A stretch of 63,968 nucleotides of DNA, the filler included, from Candidatus Omnitrophota bacterium (GTDB lineage: Bacteria > Omnitrophota > Gorgyraeia > Zapsychrales > Zapsychraceae): NCBI GenBank assembly GCA_015233495.1. It is 3 parts of 3 records of this genome, joined end to end, with 100 filler letters (N's around TTAATTAATTAA, not from the genome) between each part and the next. Parts side by side here need not be neighbours in the genome. Positions count along the whole stretch, not along the records: positions 1 to 21,930 come from JADFXQ010000029.1; 2 more parts are not named here. One strand, written 5' to 3'. Each line of letters starts with the position of its first letter. Within the stretch, counting starts at the first letter, position 1. Positions 1 to 8,363 of the stretch are shown here, piece by piece. The notes beneath the pieces were generated by a model. That model worked only from the letters and a program-made list of their open reading frames with translations, was not told the origin of the DNA and made no database searches. The position numbers were made by a program, and so were the translations under genes.

Positions 1-127
1 ACAAAGATACATTCCAAGAAAAAACTCATATTGGAGAGACGGATTCAAGTTAAAAGGAAGTTTAGCCACCCGAAATTAGGACATTTTTATTTTGGTAGAA
101 CTAGGACATTATTAATTTGGCTGGACA
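1..127 (+). mobile_element. Right end of an IS1202-like (ISNCY) insertion sequence, including the transposase C-terminus (2..79)
   Basis: Frame 2 reads QRYIPRKNSYWRDGFKLKGSLATRN*, resembling the P-x-x-x-H/Y-P/Y-W-R tail of these transposases. It is followed by two 25-bp-spaced TAGGACATT..TTTGG direct repeats (77, 102) and a terminal ...GGACA (127). Confidence 0.6.
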
Positions 128-143
128 CATTTTGCGGTTTTGC

Positions 144-172
144 TTGACACCAACCGGGAAAGATGGTACATT
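144..172 (+). promoter_or_regulatory. Sigma70 promoter of the pyr operon
   Basis: TTGACA (144-149), 17-bp spacer, TG-n-TACATT extended -10 (164-172). Confidence 0.75.
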
Positions 173-187
173 TTTAGCAATAGGTCG

Positions 188-220
188 CCTTTAAATTTTG
201 TCCGGAGAGACAATAAAAGG
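188..220 (+). promoter_or_regulatory. PyrR-binding RNA stem-loop (attenuator)
   Basis: CCTTTAA...TGTCCGGAGAGACA...AAAGG matches the PyrR site (CUUUAA plus GUCCNGNGAG loop), directly upstream of pyrR. Confidence 0.85.
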
Positions 221-253
221 TATGCGTAATCGATTACCACAAAGACTATTATC

Positions 254-288
254 GCTCGACTCCCTTATGAGGGGGCCGGGCTTTTTTT
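254..288 (+). terminator. Attenuator terminator of the pyr leader
   Basis: GCTCGACTCCCT-TATG-AGGGGGCCGGGC stem followed by T7. Confidence 0.8.
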
Positions 289-292
289 ATTT

Positions 293-946
<654 letters not shown>

Positions 947-964
947 GATATGAAAAGGGCTCTT

Positions 965-1909
965 ATGATCACTTGGACGCGTCCCGACTTGATTGATTTG
1001 CAGGATTTTACCCGCGAAGAATTTGAACTCATTTTAGAGACCGCGAAGTCGTTCAAAGAAGTCTCGGCGCGCGAAGTGAAAAAGGTGCCGGCTTTGCGCG
1101 GGAAAACCGTAGCGATGCTGTTTTTCGAGCCGTCGACGCGGACGCGCACGTCTTTTGAATTGGCCGCTAAACGTTTGTCGGCGGACACCCTGAGTTTCGC
1201 TTTATCTTCGAGCTCGATGTCCAAAGGGGAGACGGTTTTGGACACCGCGAAAAATATTGAGGCGATGAACGTTGATGCGGTGATTGTGCGGCATCCCTGC
1301 GCTGGCGTGCCGGGGCTTTTGGCGGAACATTTGGAACCGTCCGTGATCAATGCCGGCGACGGCTGCCGGGCGCATCCGACCCAGGCCTTGTTGGATATGT
1401 TTACGATTCAGGAGCGGCTGGGAAGAATCGAAGGTTTAAAGGTCGGGATTATCGGCGATATTTTGCACTCGCGGGTGGCGCGTTGTAATGCCTGGGGGTT
1501 GATGAAGATGGGCGCCCAGGTGACTTTGTGCGGGCCGGCGACTTTATTGCCTATAGGTATAGAGAATATCGGGGTGAAGGTTTCTTGTGACGCGGATCAG
1601 GTGATTCGCGAGAGTGATGTGCTGATGATGCTGCGCGTGCAAAAAGAGCGCCAGCAGGATCAGTTTTTGCCGTCTTTGCGGGAGTATGCCAAGGTTTTCG
1701 GTTTAAACGCCGCGCGGTTAAAAACCGCGAAGCCGAGTGTGCTGGTGATGCATCCCGGGCCGACGAATCGCGGCGTGGAGATCTCGGCGGAGATTGCGGA
1801 TTGCGCGAATTCGGTGATTTTGGATCAGGTGACCAACGGGGTCGCGATCCGTATGGCGATTTTGTATTTAGTTCTGGGAGCTCGGGAGAGTTCGCGCAAG
1901 CAGAAATAG
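965..1909 (+). CDS. pyrB: Aspartate carbamoyltransferase catalytic subunit
   Basis: FFEPSTRTRTSFE, NAGDG, HPTQALLD, MHPGP. Confidence 0.97.
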   Translation: MITWTRPDLIDLQDFTREEFELILETAKSFKEVSAREVKKVPALRGKTVAMLFFEPSTRTRTSFELAAKRLSADTLSFALSSSSMSKGETVLDTAKNIEAMNVDAVIVRHPCAGVPGLLAEHLEPSVINAGDGCRAHPTQALLDMFTIQERLGRIEGLKVGIIGDILHSRVARCNAWGLMKMGAQVTLCGPATLLPIGIENIGVKVSCDADQVIRESDVLMMLRVQKERQQDQFLPSLREYAKVFGLNAARLKTAKPSVLVMHPGPTNRGVEISAEIADCANSVILDQVTNGVAIRMAILYLVLGARESSRKQK

Positions 1910-2067
1910 GGTTGGCGATGGGAAAATCGCGGGGCGTTCGGTTATAGGGCATTGTGATTCGATAAAGGCGCGCGGTTTGGGTATCGGTGACGGAAGCAGT
2001 GATGGTTGTAGGAAATTGCGGCGGTAAGGCGAATTGTGGTATTAGGCGGAAATTTTTGGAGATGGTT

Positions 2068-3351
2068 ATGAGATTGCTTATAAAAAATGTTGTTGTCGTG
2101 AATCCGGACGCGATGGGGAATTCGCCTTCGGATATTTTGATTGAGGATGGGTTGATCCGCCGGGTGGCGGCGGGGATTGCGGACGCGGATGCCTTGGTTG
2201 TGGAAGGCGGCGGTTGGTTGTTATTGCCGGGGTTGATTGATTTGCATGTGCATTTGCGTCAGCCTGGCCGGGAAGATAAGGAAACGATTGAAACTGGATC
2301 ACGGGCCGCGGTTAAAGGTGGGTTCACTTCGATGGTTTGTATGCCGAACACGGATCCGGTTTTGGATAACGCGATGCTGATTGAGGCGGTGATCAAGGAG
2401 GCCGGGCGGGTCGGGTTAGTCAATATTTTCCCGGCGGGCGCGATTACCCGGGGCCGCCAAAATCAGGAGTTGACGGATATGTTTGAATTGAAGGCGGCGG
2501 GATGTTTGGCGGTTACTGACGATGGAACCAGTGTGGCGAATAGCCGGTTAATGCGTTCGGCCTTGGAATATGCGGCCATGGTTGGTCTGGTGGTGATGCA
2601 GCATTGTCAGGATCCGGAGCTGTCGAAAAACGGGGTAATGAATGAGGGGGAAGTTTCAACCATTTTGGGATTAAAGGGAGATCCGGGAATTTCGGAAACG
2701 ATTATTTTGGCGCGGGATATTGAGCTGGCTGGTTATTTGAAAGTTCCGGCGCATTTTCAGCATATCAGTTTGCGGCGTTCAGTGGAGCTGATTGCCGCGG
2801 CAAAGCGGCAGGGGATAAAGATCACCGCGGAAGCGGCCCCGCAGCATTTTTCACTCACGCAGGATGAGGTGCGTTCGTTTGACACGAATTTGAAAATGAA
2901 TCCGCCTTTGCGCACCGCGGATGATGTCGCGGCGATTAAAGCGGCTTTGTCCGACGGGACGATTGATTGTATTGCCACGGATCATGCCCCGCATACGCCG
3001 GAAGACAAGGAAATGGATTTTGATCACGCGCCGCCGGGGATTATCGGATTGGAGACTGCGGTGGGGTTAGTGGGCACAGAACTGGTGCAGTCAGGACATT
3101 TGAATTGGCCGCAGGTGGCCGAGCGTATGTCAGCGGCGCCCGCGCGGATTTTAGGATTGAAAAATAAGGGATTTATCCGGGAAGGCGCGGACGCTGATTT
3201 GACTTTGATTGACCCGGATTGTACCTGGGAAGCAAGGAAAGAAGAGATTGTCTCCAAATCGAAAAACACGCCGTTTCTCGGCCGGACTTTGCGCGGCCGG
3301 GTCAAGCTGACTGTCCGCGGCGGGAAAATTGTCTACTCTGAACTGCCTTGA
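2068..3351 (+). CDS. pyrC: Dihydroorotase
   Basis: PGLIDLHVHLR, CMPNT, KMNPPLR, IATDHAPH; GGAG RBS before ATG 2068. Confidence 0.96.
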   Translation: MRLLIKNVVVVNPDAMGNSPSDILIEDGLIRRVAAGIADADALVVEGGGWLLLPGLIDLHVHLRQPGREDKETIETGSRAAVKGGFTSMVCMPNTDPVLDNAMLIEAVIKEAGRVGLVNIFPAGAITRGRQNQELTDMFELKAAGCLAVTDDGTSVANSRLMRSALEYAAMVGLVVMQHCQDPELSKNGVMNEGEVSTILGLKGDPGISETIILARDIELAGYLKVPAHFQHISLRRSVELIAAAKRQGIKITAEAAPQHFSLTQDEVRSFDTNLKMNPPLRTADDVAAIKAALSDGTIDCIATDHAPHTPEDKEMDFDHAPPGIIGLETAVGLVGTELVQSGHLNWPQVAERMSAAPARILGLKNKGFIREGADADLTLIDPDCTWEARKEEIVSKSKNTPFLGRTLRGRVKLTVRGGKIVYSELP

Positions 3352-3437
3352 CCCGCGGCCATCCCGATTCGCCGCTTATTATTTTTATCCATTGCTGTCC
3401 AAATTGGGCGTAAATGATTTTTATCTAAAGATAACTC

Positions 3438-4268
3438 ATGCCAGAACTCCCTGAAGTTGAAACGATTGCCGCGGATCTACGGCAACGTATTATCGGTGAA
3501 AAAATTCAAGAGGTGGTTGTGCATGACGCCCGCTTGATCCGGGATTTTCCCCGTTCAGTGTTCGCTGACTGCCCCGCGCCCGGTTTTATTCGTGCGGTTA
3601 AAAACCGGGAAATTCAAAAGATCGAACGGCAGGGCAAGGCCCTGATTTTTTATTTATCCGGAGGCAAATATATTTTGGCGCATTTGGGCATGACCGGACA
3701 ATGGGTTTTGGCGGACTCGGCGCCGCGGGCGAAAGTCAGTATTACTCTTTCCAGCGGACAACGCTTGCATTATAATGACCAACGCATATTTGGCGGGATG
3801 ACGGTGGTAGCTGATTTGGCAAAGGTTCCGTATTTGCGCGGCTTGGGTCCAGAACCCTTGAGCCCGGGATTCTTACGGGTTTTTCAAGCTATTGCGATGA
3901 CAGGGATAAAAGCGCCGGTAAAAAGTTTTTTGCTCGACCAACACAAAATCGCGGGTATCGGCAATATTTATGCCTCGGAAATTTTATTTCGCGCCGGGAT
4001 TGACCCGCGTTGTCCGGTTAATCAAATCACGGAACCTCAACTGCGGATTTTAGGCAAGCAGATTGTCGCAGTCTTAAAAGAGGCGGTGTGCCAGCGCGGC
4101 ACGAGCAAGCGCGATTATCTCGACGCTTCGGGTCGCCAAGGGAGTTTTCAAAATTATTTGCGGGTTTATGGCCGCGCCGGAAAACCTTGCTCGGTTTGCG
4201 GTAAGCCGATTCAACGCGTGGTTCAAGCCGGGCGCAGCACGTTTTTTTGTTCAATATGTCAAAAATAG
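3438..4268 (+). CDS. mutM: Formamidopyrimidine-DNA glycosylase
   Basis: MPELPEVET N-terminus, HLGMTG, GIGNIYASE, C-terminal CxxC...CxxCQ zinc finger. Confidence 0.96.
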   Translation: MPELPEVETIAADLRQRIIGEKIQEVVVHDARLIRDFPRSVFADCPAPGFIRAVKNREIQKIERQGKALIFYLSGGKYILAHLGMTGQWVLADSAPRAKVSITLSSGQRLHYNDQRIFGGMTVVADLAKVPYLRGLGPEPLSPGFLRVFQAIAMTGIKAPVKSFLLDQHKIAGIGNIYASEILFRAGIDPRCPVNQITEPQLRILGKQIVAVLKEAVCQRGTSKRDYLDASGRQGSFQNYLRVYGRAGKPCSVCGKPIQRVVQAGRSTFFCSICQK

Positions 4269-4278
4269 GCGGAGCGAT

Positions 4279-4953
4279 ATGAAGCAACGGATCAAAGTCG
4301 ATAGCGGGCTTTTATTGTTAATGGTGATTCTGACCGGATTTTGGTATTTTTATCCCCAACTGTACACGGGGAATGTTTTTTGGGACGGGATTTTGAGTTT
4401 TATCGGGATGCTGCTGATTTTTAAAGGCGCGTTTTTGCGCATGGCGGCGCGTTCGCATAAAAAAGCGCATTCCGGCCAAGGTGTGGCGCTGGTGATTACT
4501 GGGCCTTATGCGTATATGCGCAATCCGATGTATTTAGGGACGTGTTTAATCGGTTGCGGGTTTATCTTGATTGCCTGGCCGTGGTGGGCCTTGCCGATTT
4601 TTGTTGGCTTGTTTTATCTGAGGTTCAAAATTCAAATTGTCAAAGAAGAGACACATCTCGAGGAAATGTTCGGCGATACCTACCGGTCGTACTGTGACCG
4701 GGTGCCGCGGATTTGGCCTTATATGAAAAATTGGCTGAAGATTAAAATCCGCGATGTAATGAATTTAGACGAGGCTTTTTTGATCAAAGAAAAATGGTTG
4801 TTGTTGTTGTGTCCCGCGGCAGTGGTGGTATTAAAGTCAGTGAAAGAGCTGTTTGTGTATCATCAGACGGATATTATGCAAACTCTTTTGATTGTCGGCC
4901 TTGCCGCTTTGCTCGAGGCCGCGGCATTGATAATTTTTTATTCTGACCGATGA
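4279..4953 (+). CDS. Isoprenylcysteine carboxyl methyltransferase (ICMT/PEMT)-family membrane protein
   Basis: LVITGPYAYMRNPMYLG, EExxLxxxFGxxY; several TM helices. Confidence 0.85.
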   Translation: MKQRIKVDSGLLLLMVILTGFWYFYPQLYTGNVFWDGILSFIGMLLIFKGAFLRMAARSHKKAHSGQGVALVITGPYAYMRNPMYLGTCLIGCGFILIAWPWWALPIFVGLFYLRFKIQIVKEETHLEEMFGDTYRSYCDRVPRIWPYMKNWLKIKIRDVMNLDEAFLIKEKWLLLLCPAAVVVLKSVKELFVYHQTDIMQTLLIVGLAALLEAAALIIFYSDR

Positions 4954-5720
4954 AAAAGATCCAGGGTGTTTACAAAATAACCGCGAATCAAAAAATTTCC
5001 GGGAGCTATTATCATTTAAAAATAGCGGCGCCGGATATTGGTCGCGGGGTTTTACCGGGGCAATTTGTGCATGTGCGGGTCAATGACGGGTTGGAACCTT
5101 TTTTTCGCCGGCCGTTCAGTGTGTTCCGCGGCGGGAAAAGCTTGGAAATCCTTTATGATGTCGTAGGACCAGCCACCAAACAGCTTGCCGCGAAACGTCC
5201 GGGGGAAACATTGGACGTGATCGGGCCTTTAGGCCATGCGTTTACTTTGCCGGATAAAAATATCCGCGTTGTAGTTTTGATCGCCGGCGGGGTTGGGATC
5301 GCGCCGTTTTTAACCCTCACCGATAAAATCCGTCTTAAAAAACTCGACAAGATTCTGCTTTATGGCGGACGCACCAAAGCAAATATTGTCAGCTTAAAAG
5401 CGTTTCGGGATAATGGCTGCCGGATCCATGTCGCCACGGATGATGGCAGCGCCGGCGTCAAAGGCCGGGTATCGGGGTTATTTTCGAAAATCCCGTTGGA
5501 CCCCTCAACTACGTTGATTTACGCGTGCGGGCCGCGTCCAATGTTAGCCGCGATTCAAAGCTTTGCGGCGCAGCACGGGATGCGCGGAGAATTGTCTTAC
5601 GAAGAAGTGATGGCCTGCGGCTTGGGCGCTTGTCTGGGCTGTGCCGTGCAAACGCGAAAGGGATATAAAACCGTTTGTCACGACGGGCCGGTTTTTCCGC
5701 TGGAGGAAGTGGTTTTTTAA
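4950..5720 (+). CDS. pyrK: Dihydroorotate dehydrogenase B electron-transfer subunit
   Basis: PGQF, RRPFS, AGGVGIAP, ACGP, MACGLGACLGC...VCHDGPVF. Confidence 0.93.
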   Translation: MKKIQGVYKITANQKISGSYYHLKIAAPDIGRGVLPGQFVHVRVNDGLEPFFRRPFSVFRGGKSLEILYDVVGPATKQLAAKRPGETLDVIGPLGHAFTLPDKNIRVVVLIAGGVGIAPFLTLTDKIRLKKLDKILLYGGRTKANIVSLKAFRDNGCRIHVATDDGSAGVKGRVSGLFSKIPLDPSTTLIYACGPRPMLAAIQSFAAQHGMRGELSYEEVMACGLGACLGCAVQTRKGYKTVCHDGPVFPLEEVVF

Positions 5721-5735
5721 AAAAGCAAGGGACGT

Positions 5736-6095
5736 ATGACCCATTGGCTTTCGATATTGATCGGCGTGATCGCCGGGATTTTCAGCGGATTTTTCGGGGT
5801 GGGCGGCGGGATCATTATGATTCCGGCTATGGTGATTTTGCTGGGCATGACCCAGCATACAGCGCAAGGCACGACCTTGGCTGCGATTTTGCCGCCGGTT
5901 TTCATTTTTGGCGTGTGGAAATATTATCAGGCCGGGAATGTGAATATGCCGATCGCGGTTTTTGTCGCCTTAGGTTTGACGCTCGGCGCGTTTCTGGGCG
6001 CGGCCATTGTGCAGGGTGTGCCGGATTTGGTTTTAAAACGTTGTTTTGGGGCGTTGTTGGTTTTCGTCGGAGTTCGCCTGATTTTTTGGGGATAA
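5736..6095 (+). CDS. Half-size TauE/SafE (TSUP) family membrane protein
   Basis: GIFSGFFGVGGGIIMIP, QHTAQGTTLA; four TM segments. Confidence 0.88.
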   Translation: MTHWLSILIGVIAGIFSGFFGVGGGIIMIPAMVILLGMTQHTAQGTTLAAILPPVFIFGVWKYYQAGNVNMPIAVFVALGLTLGAFLGAAIVQGVPDLVLKRCFGALLVFVGVRLIFWG

Positions 6096-6126
6096 TAATC
6101 CGGATTGGATATTTGAGGTTTTTTTC

Positions 6127-7029
6127 ATGGATTTATCAGTTTCCATCGCTGGGATTAAATTTAAAAATCCGGTGACCGTGGCTTCCGGCACCTTCGGCCA
6201 TGCTGAGGATTTTTATGATGATAAGGAATTACGCCGGCTGGGAGCGTTGATTCCGAAAACGGTGACCTTGTTTCCCCGGCAGGGAAATCCGCCGCCGCGT
6301 ATCGTCGAAACCCCGGCAGGTATGATCAACGCGATCGGAATTGAAAATCCGGGAGTGGATATTTTTATCACGGACAAATTGCCGTTGTTAAAAGCTATCG
6401 GGATACCGGTGATTGTCAGTGTTTCCGGTGCGAACTACGAGGAATTCCGGATTCTGGTGGAAAAGGTAAATGCCGCGGGCGTTACCGCTGTTGAATTAAA
6501 TTTATCCTGCCCGAATTTGGGCAAACATTCTTTGGTCGCTCAGGATCCGGCCGCGGTCGAACGCGTTGTGCGGCTGGCGAAAAAGCATTCCCGGATCCCG
6601 GTGTGCGCCAAATTGTCGCCGAACGTGACGGATATCGCGCAGATCGCGGCGGCTGCCGAGCAGGGAGGCGCGGACGCTTTGAGTTTGGTAAATACGTTTC
6701 AAGCCATGGTGATTGATGTAGAGAAACGACGATCGAAGCTCGGCAATTTTACCGGCGGATTAAGCGGCCCGGCGATCCGGCCAATTGCGGTATTTATGGT
6801 CCATCAAGTTTACCGGCGGATAAAAATCCCGATAATCGCTATGGGCGGGATTATGGCGCCGGATGACGCTCTGCAGTATATCATTGCGGGCGCGACTATG
6901 GCAGCAGTGGGCACCGCGAATTTTATTGATCCGGGCACGCCGCTGGCGGTACTGCGGGGAGTGGAAGATTATTTAAAGCGGCACGGGATGCAGCGGATCA
7001 GCGAATTACGCGGGAGTTTACAATCATGA
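6127..7029 (+). CDS. pyrD: Dihydroorotate dehydrogenase family 1B catalytic subunit
   Basis: NPVTVASGTFG, ELNLSCPN, KLSPNVTDI, GGLSGPAIRP. Confidence 0.96.
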   Translation: MDLSVSIAGIKFKNPVTVASGTFGHAEDFYDDKELRRLGALIPKTVTLFPRQGNPPPRIVETPAGMINAIGIENPGVDIFITDKLPLLKAIGIPVIVSVSGANYEEFRILVEKVNAAGVTAVELNLSCPNLGKHSLVAQDPAAVERVVRLAKKHSRIPVCAKLSPNVTDIAQIAAAAEQGGADALSLVNTFQAMVIDVEKRRSKLGNFTGGLSGPAIRPIAVFMVHQVYRRIKIPIIAMGGIMAPDDALQYIIAGATMAAVGTANFIDPGTPLAVLRGVEDYLKRHGMQRISELRGSLQS

Positions 7030-7769
7030 ACTCGTCTATGCAGGAAAAATTGATTATCGCTCTTGATGTGCCGACTTTTGCAGCGGCCCGGGAGTTGGTG
7101 GACCGTTTGGGCAGCGCGGCTAAAATTTATAAAGTGGGAAGTCAATTGTTCACCGCTTGCGGCCCGGCGGTAGTCAGGCATTTATTGGCCGCGGGTAAAG
7201 ATGTTTTTTTGGATCTAAAATTTCATGACATCCCTAACACGGTGGCTAGCGCGGTCACGGCAGTGGCGGGATTGAGCCAAAAGGTCTTTAAAGCGGAAAA
7301 AGAGCCGGCGGCTTGGGGCCGTCTTTTGTTATGCACCCTGCATATTGCCGGCGGGAAAGACATGATGCGCTTTGCGGTCGAGGCCGCGGCGAAGGAAGCG
7401 CGGCGCATTAGCGTGCCGCGGCCGTATTTGGTCGGTATCACGGCGCTCACCAGTGACGCGAAAACGGAAAATTTAAGCGCGGTTGTTTTAGAAAAAGCCA
7501 GTCTCGCAAAAGCCGCGGGATTAGACGGGGCAGTCGCGTCCGTGCAGGAGGCCGCGCTTTTGCGCAAAGAGTTTGGCAAGGATTTCATTATCGTCACGCC
7601 CGGCATCCGCCCGTCCGGCGCCGCCATCGGCGACCAAAAGCGCGTAGCCACGCCGGCGGAGGCAGTCAAAAACGGCAGTGATTATCTTGTCGTCGGCCGG
7701 CCGATTGTGGAGGCGGAAGACCCGGTAGCGGCGTTATGCGCTATTTTACGGGAGATGGACGCGGCGTAA
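7026..7769 (+). CDS. pyrF: Orotidine-5'-phosphate decarboxylase
   Basis: IIALD, FLDLKFHDIPNTV, TPGIRP, DQKR, VVGRPI. Confidence 0.96.
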   Translation: MNSSMQEKLIIALDVPTFAAARELVDRLGSAAKIYKVGSQLFTACGPAVVRHLLAAGKDVFLDLKFHDIPNTVASAVTAVAGLSQKVFKAEKEPAAWGRLLLCTLHIAGGKDMMRFAVEAAAKEARRISVPRPYLVGITALTSDAKTENLSAVVLEKASLAKAAGLDGAVASVQEAALLRKEFGKDFIIVTPGIRPSGAAIGDQKRVATPAEAVKNGSDYLVVGRPIVEAEDPVAALCAILREMDAA

Positions 7770-7792
7770 GGCGGCCGAGCGTGAAAATCCGT

Positions 7793-7821
7793 TTGACACT
7801 GAAAACAGTCTATAGTAATAT
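7793..7821 (+). promoter_or_regulatory. Sigma70 promoter for the tRNA pair
   Basis: TTGACA, 17 bp, TAATAT, about 15 nt before tRNA-Val. Confidence 0.65.
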
Positions 7822-7835
7822 ATCGCCTTATCTAA

Positions 7836-7908
7836 GGGCGGTTAGCTCAGCTGGTAGAGCGCTTGACTTACATTCAAGTGGCCGTTGGTTCGATCCCAGC
7901 ACCGCCCA
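7836..7908 (+). tRNA. tRNA-Val(TAC), CCA not encoded
   Basis: Acceptor GGGCGGT/ACCGCCC, D-arm GCTC/GAGC, anticodon arm CTTGA-CTTACAT-TCAAG, T-loop TTCGATC. Confidence 0.95.
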
Positions 7909-8023
7909 GTAAATTTTCGCGCAGCGAAAATTTACAGAGCAATCGAGCAATAGAAAAATCAACGACTCGATTGCGGTCTAATTTCTACTTTCAATTTTCA
8001 AAGTTATACACGGATCATATCTA

Positions 8024-8098
8024 GGACTCGTGGTGTAGTCTGGTTAACATGCAAGATTGTCGATCTTGAGATCGCGGGTTCAAATCCCGTCGAGTCCG
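8024..8098 (+). tRNA. tRNA-Asp(GTC), CCA not encoded
   Basis: Acceptor GGACTCG/CGAGTCC, anticodon arm CAAGA-TTGTCGA-TCTTG, T-loop TTCAAAT, discriminator G. Confidence 0.95.
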
Positions 8099-8139
8099 TT
8101 AAATAAAAAAGCCCCCTTTGAGGGGGCTTTTTTATTTAA
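8099..8139. terminator. Bidirectional intrinsic terminator
   Basis: Perfect 19-bp inverted repeat TTAAATAAAAAAGCCCCCT-TTG-AGGGGGCTTTTTTATTTAA. Confidence 0.9.
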
Positions 8140-8142
8140 TTG

Positions 8143-8244
8143 ATTCGTTCGGTTGAACCAGCCAGCGGAGCTGCGGGTTCATCACAACCTTCCACTAACA
8201 TTCAGGTAAGGTTGGGACCGGGAGCCCCGCAGAGGCGAGCGAAT
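8143..8244. ncRNA. Candidate structured RNA, family unassigned
   Basis: Nested pairings ATTCGTTCG/CGAGCGAAT, CTGCGGGTTC/GAGCCCCGCAG, CAACCTTCC/GGTAAGGTTG, flanked by T-rich DNA. Confidence 0.35.
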
Positions 8245-8363
8245 ATTTTTTTTAATTCGATTTTTTTCTTTTAATTTTGATAGAATCATTCGTGCCGCGC
8301 GGGCTGCGTGGTTTTCATCAGACCGTTTCTTAAACTCGGAAGTATGCCTTTTAACAGTCATCT

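Noticed and set aside
77..127. CRISPR-like direct repeats (also the heptamers at 40509-40561)
   Set aside because: Too few, short and degenerate, with no spacers or cas genes.
8143..8244. Assignment as SRP RNA, 6S RNA or c-di-AMP/c-di-GMP riboswitch
   Set aside because: Diagnostic motifs not found on either strand; kept only as an unassigned structure.
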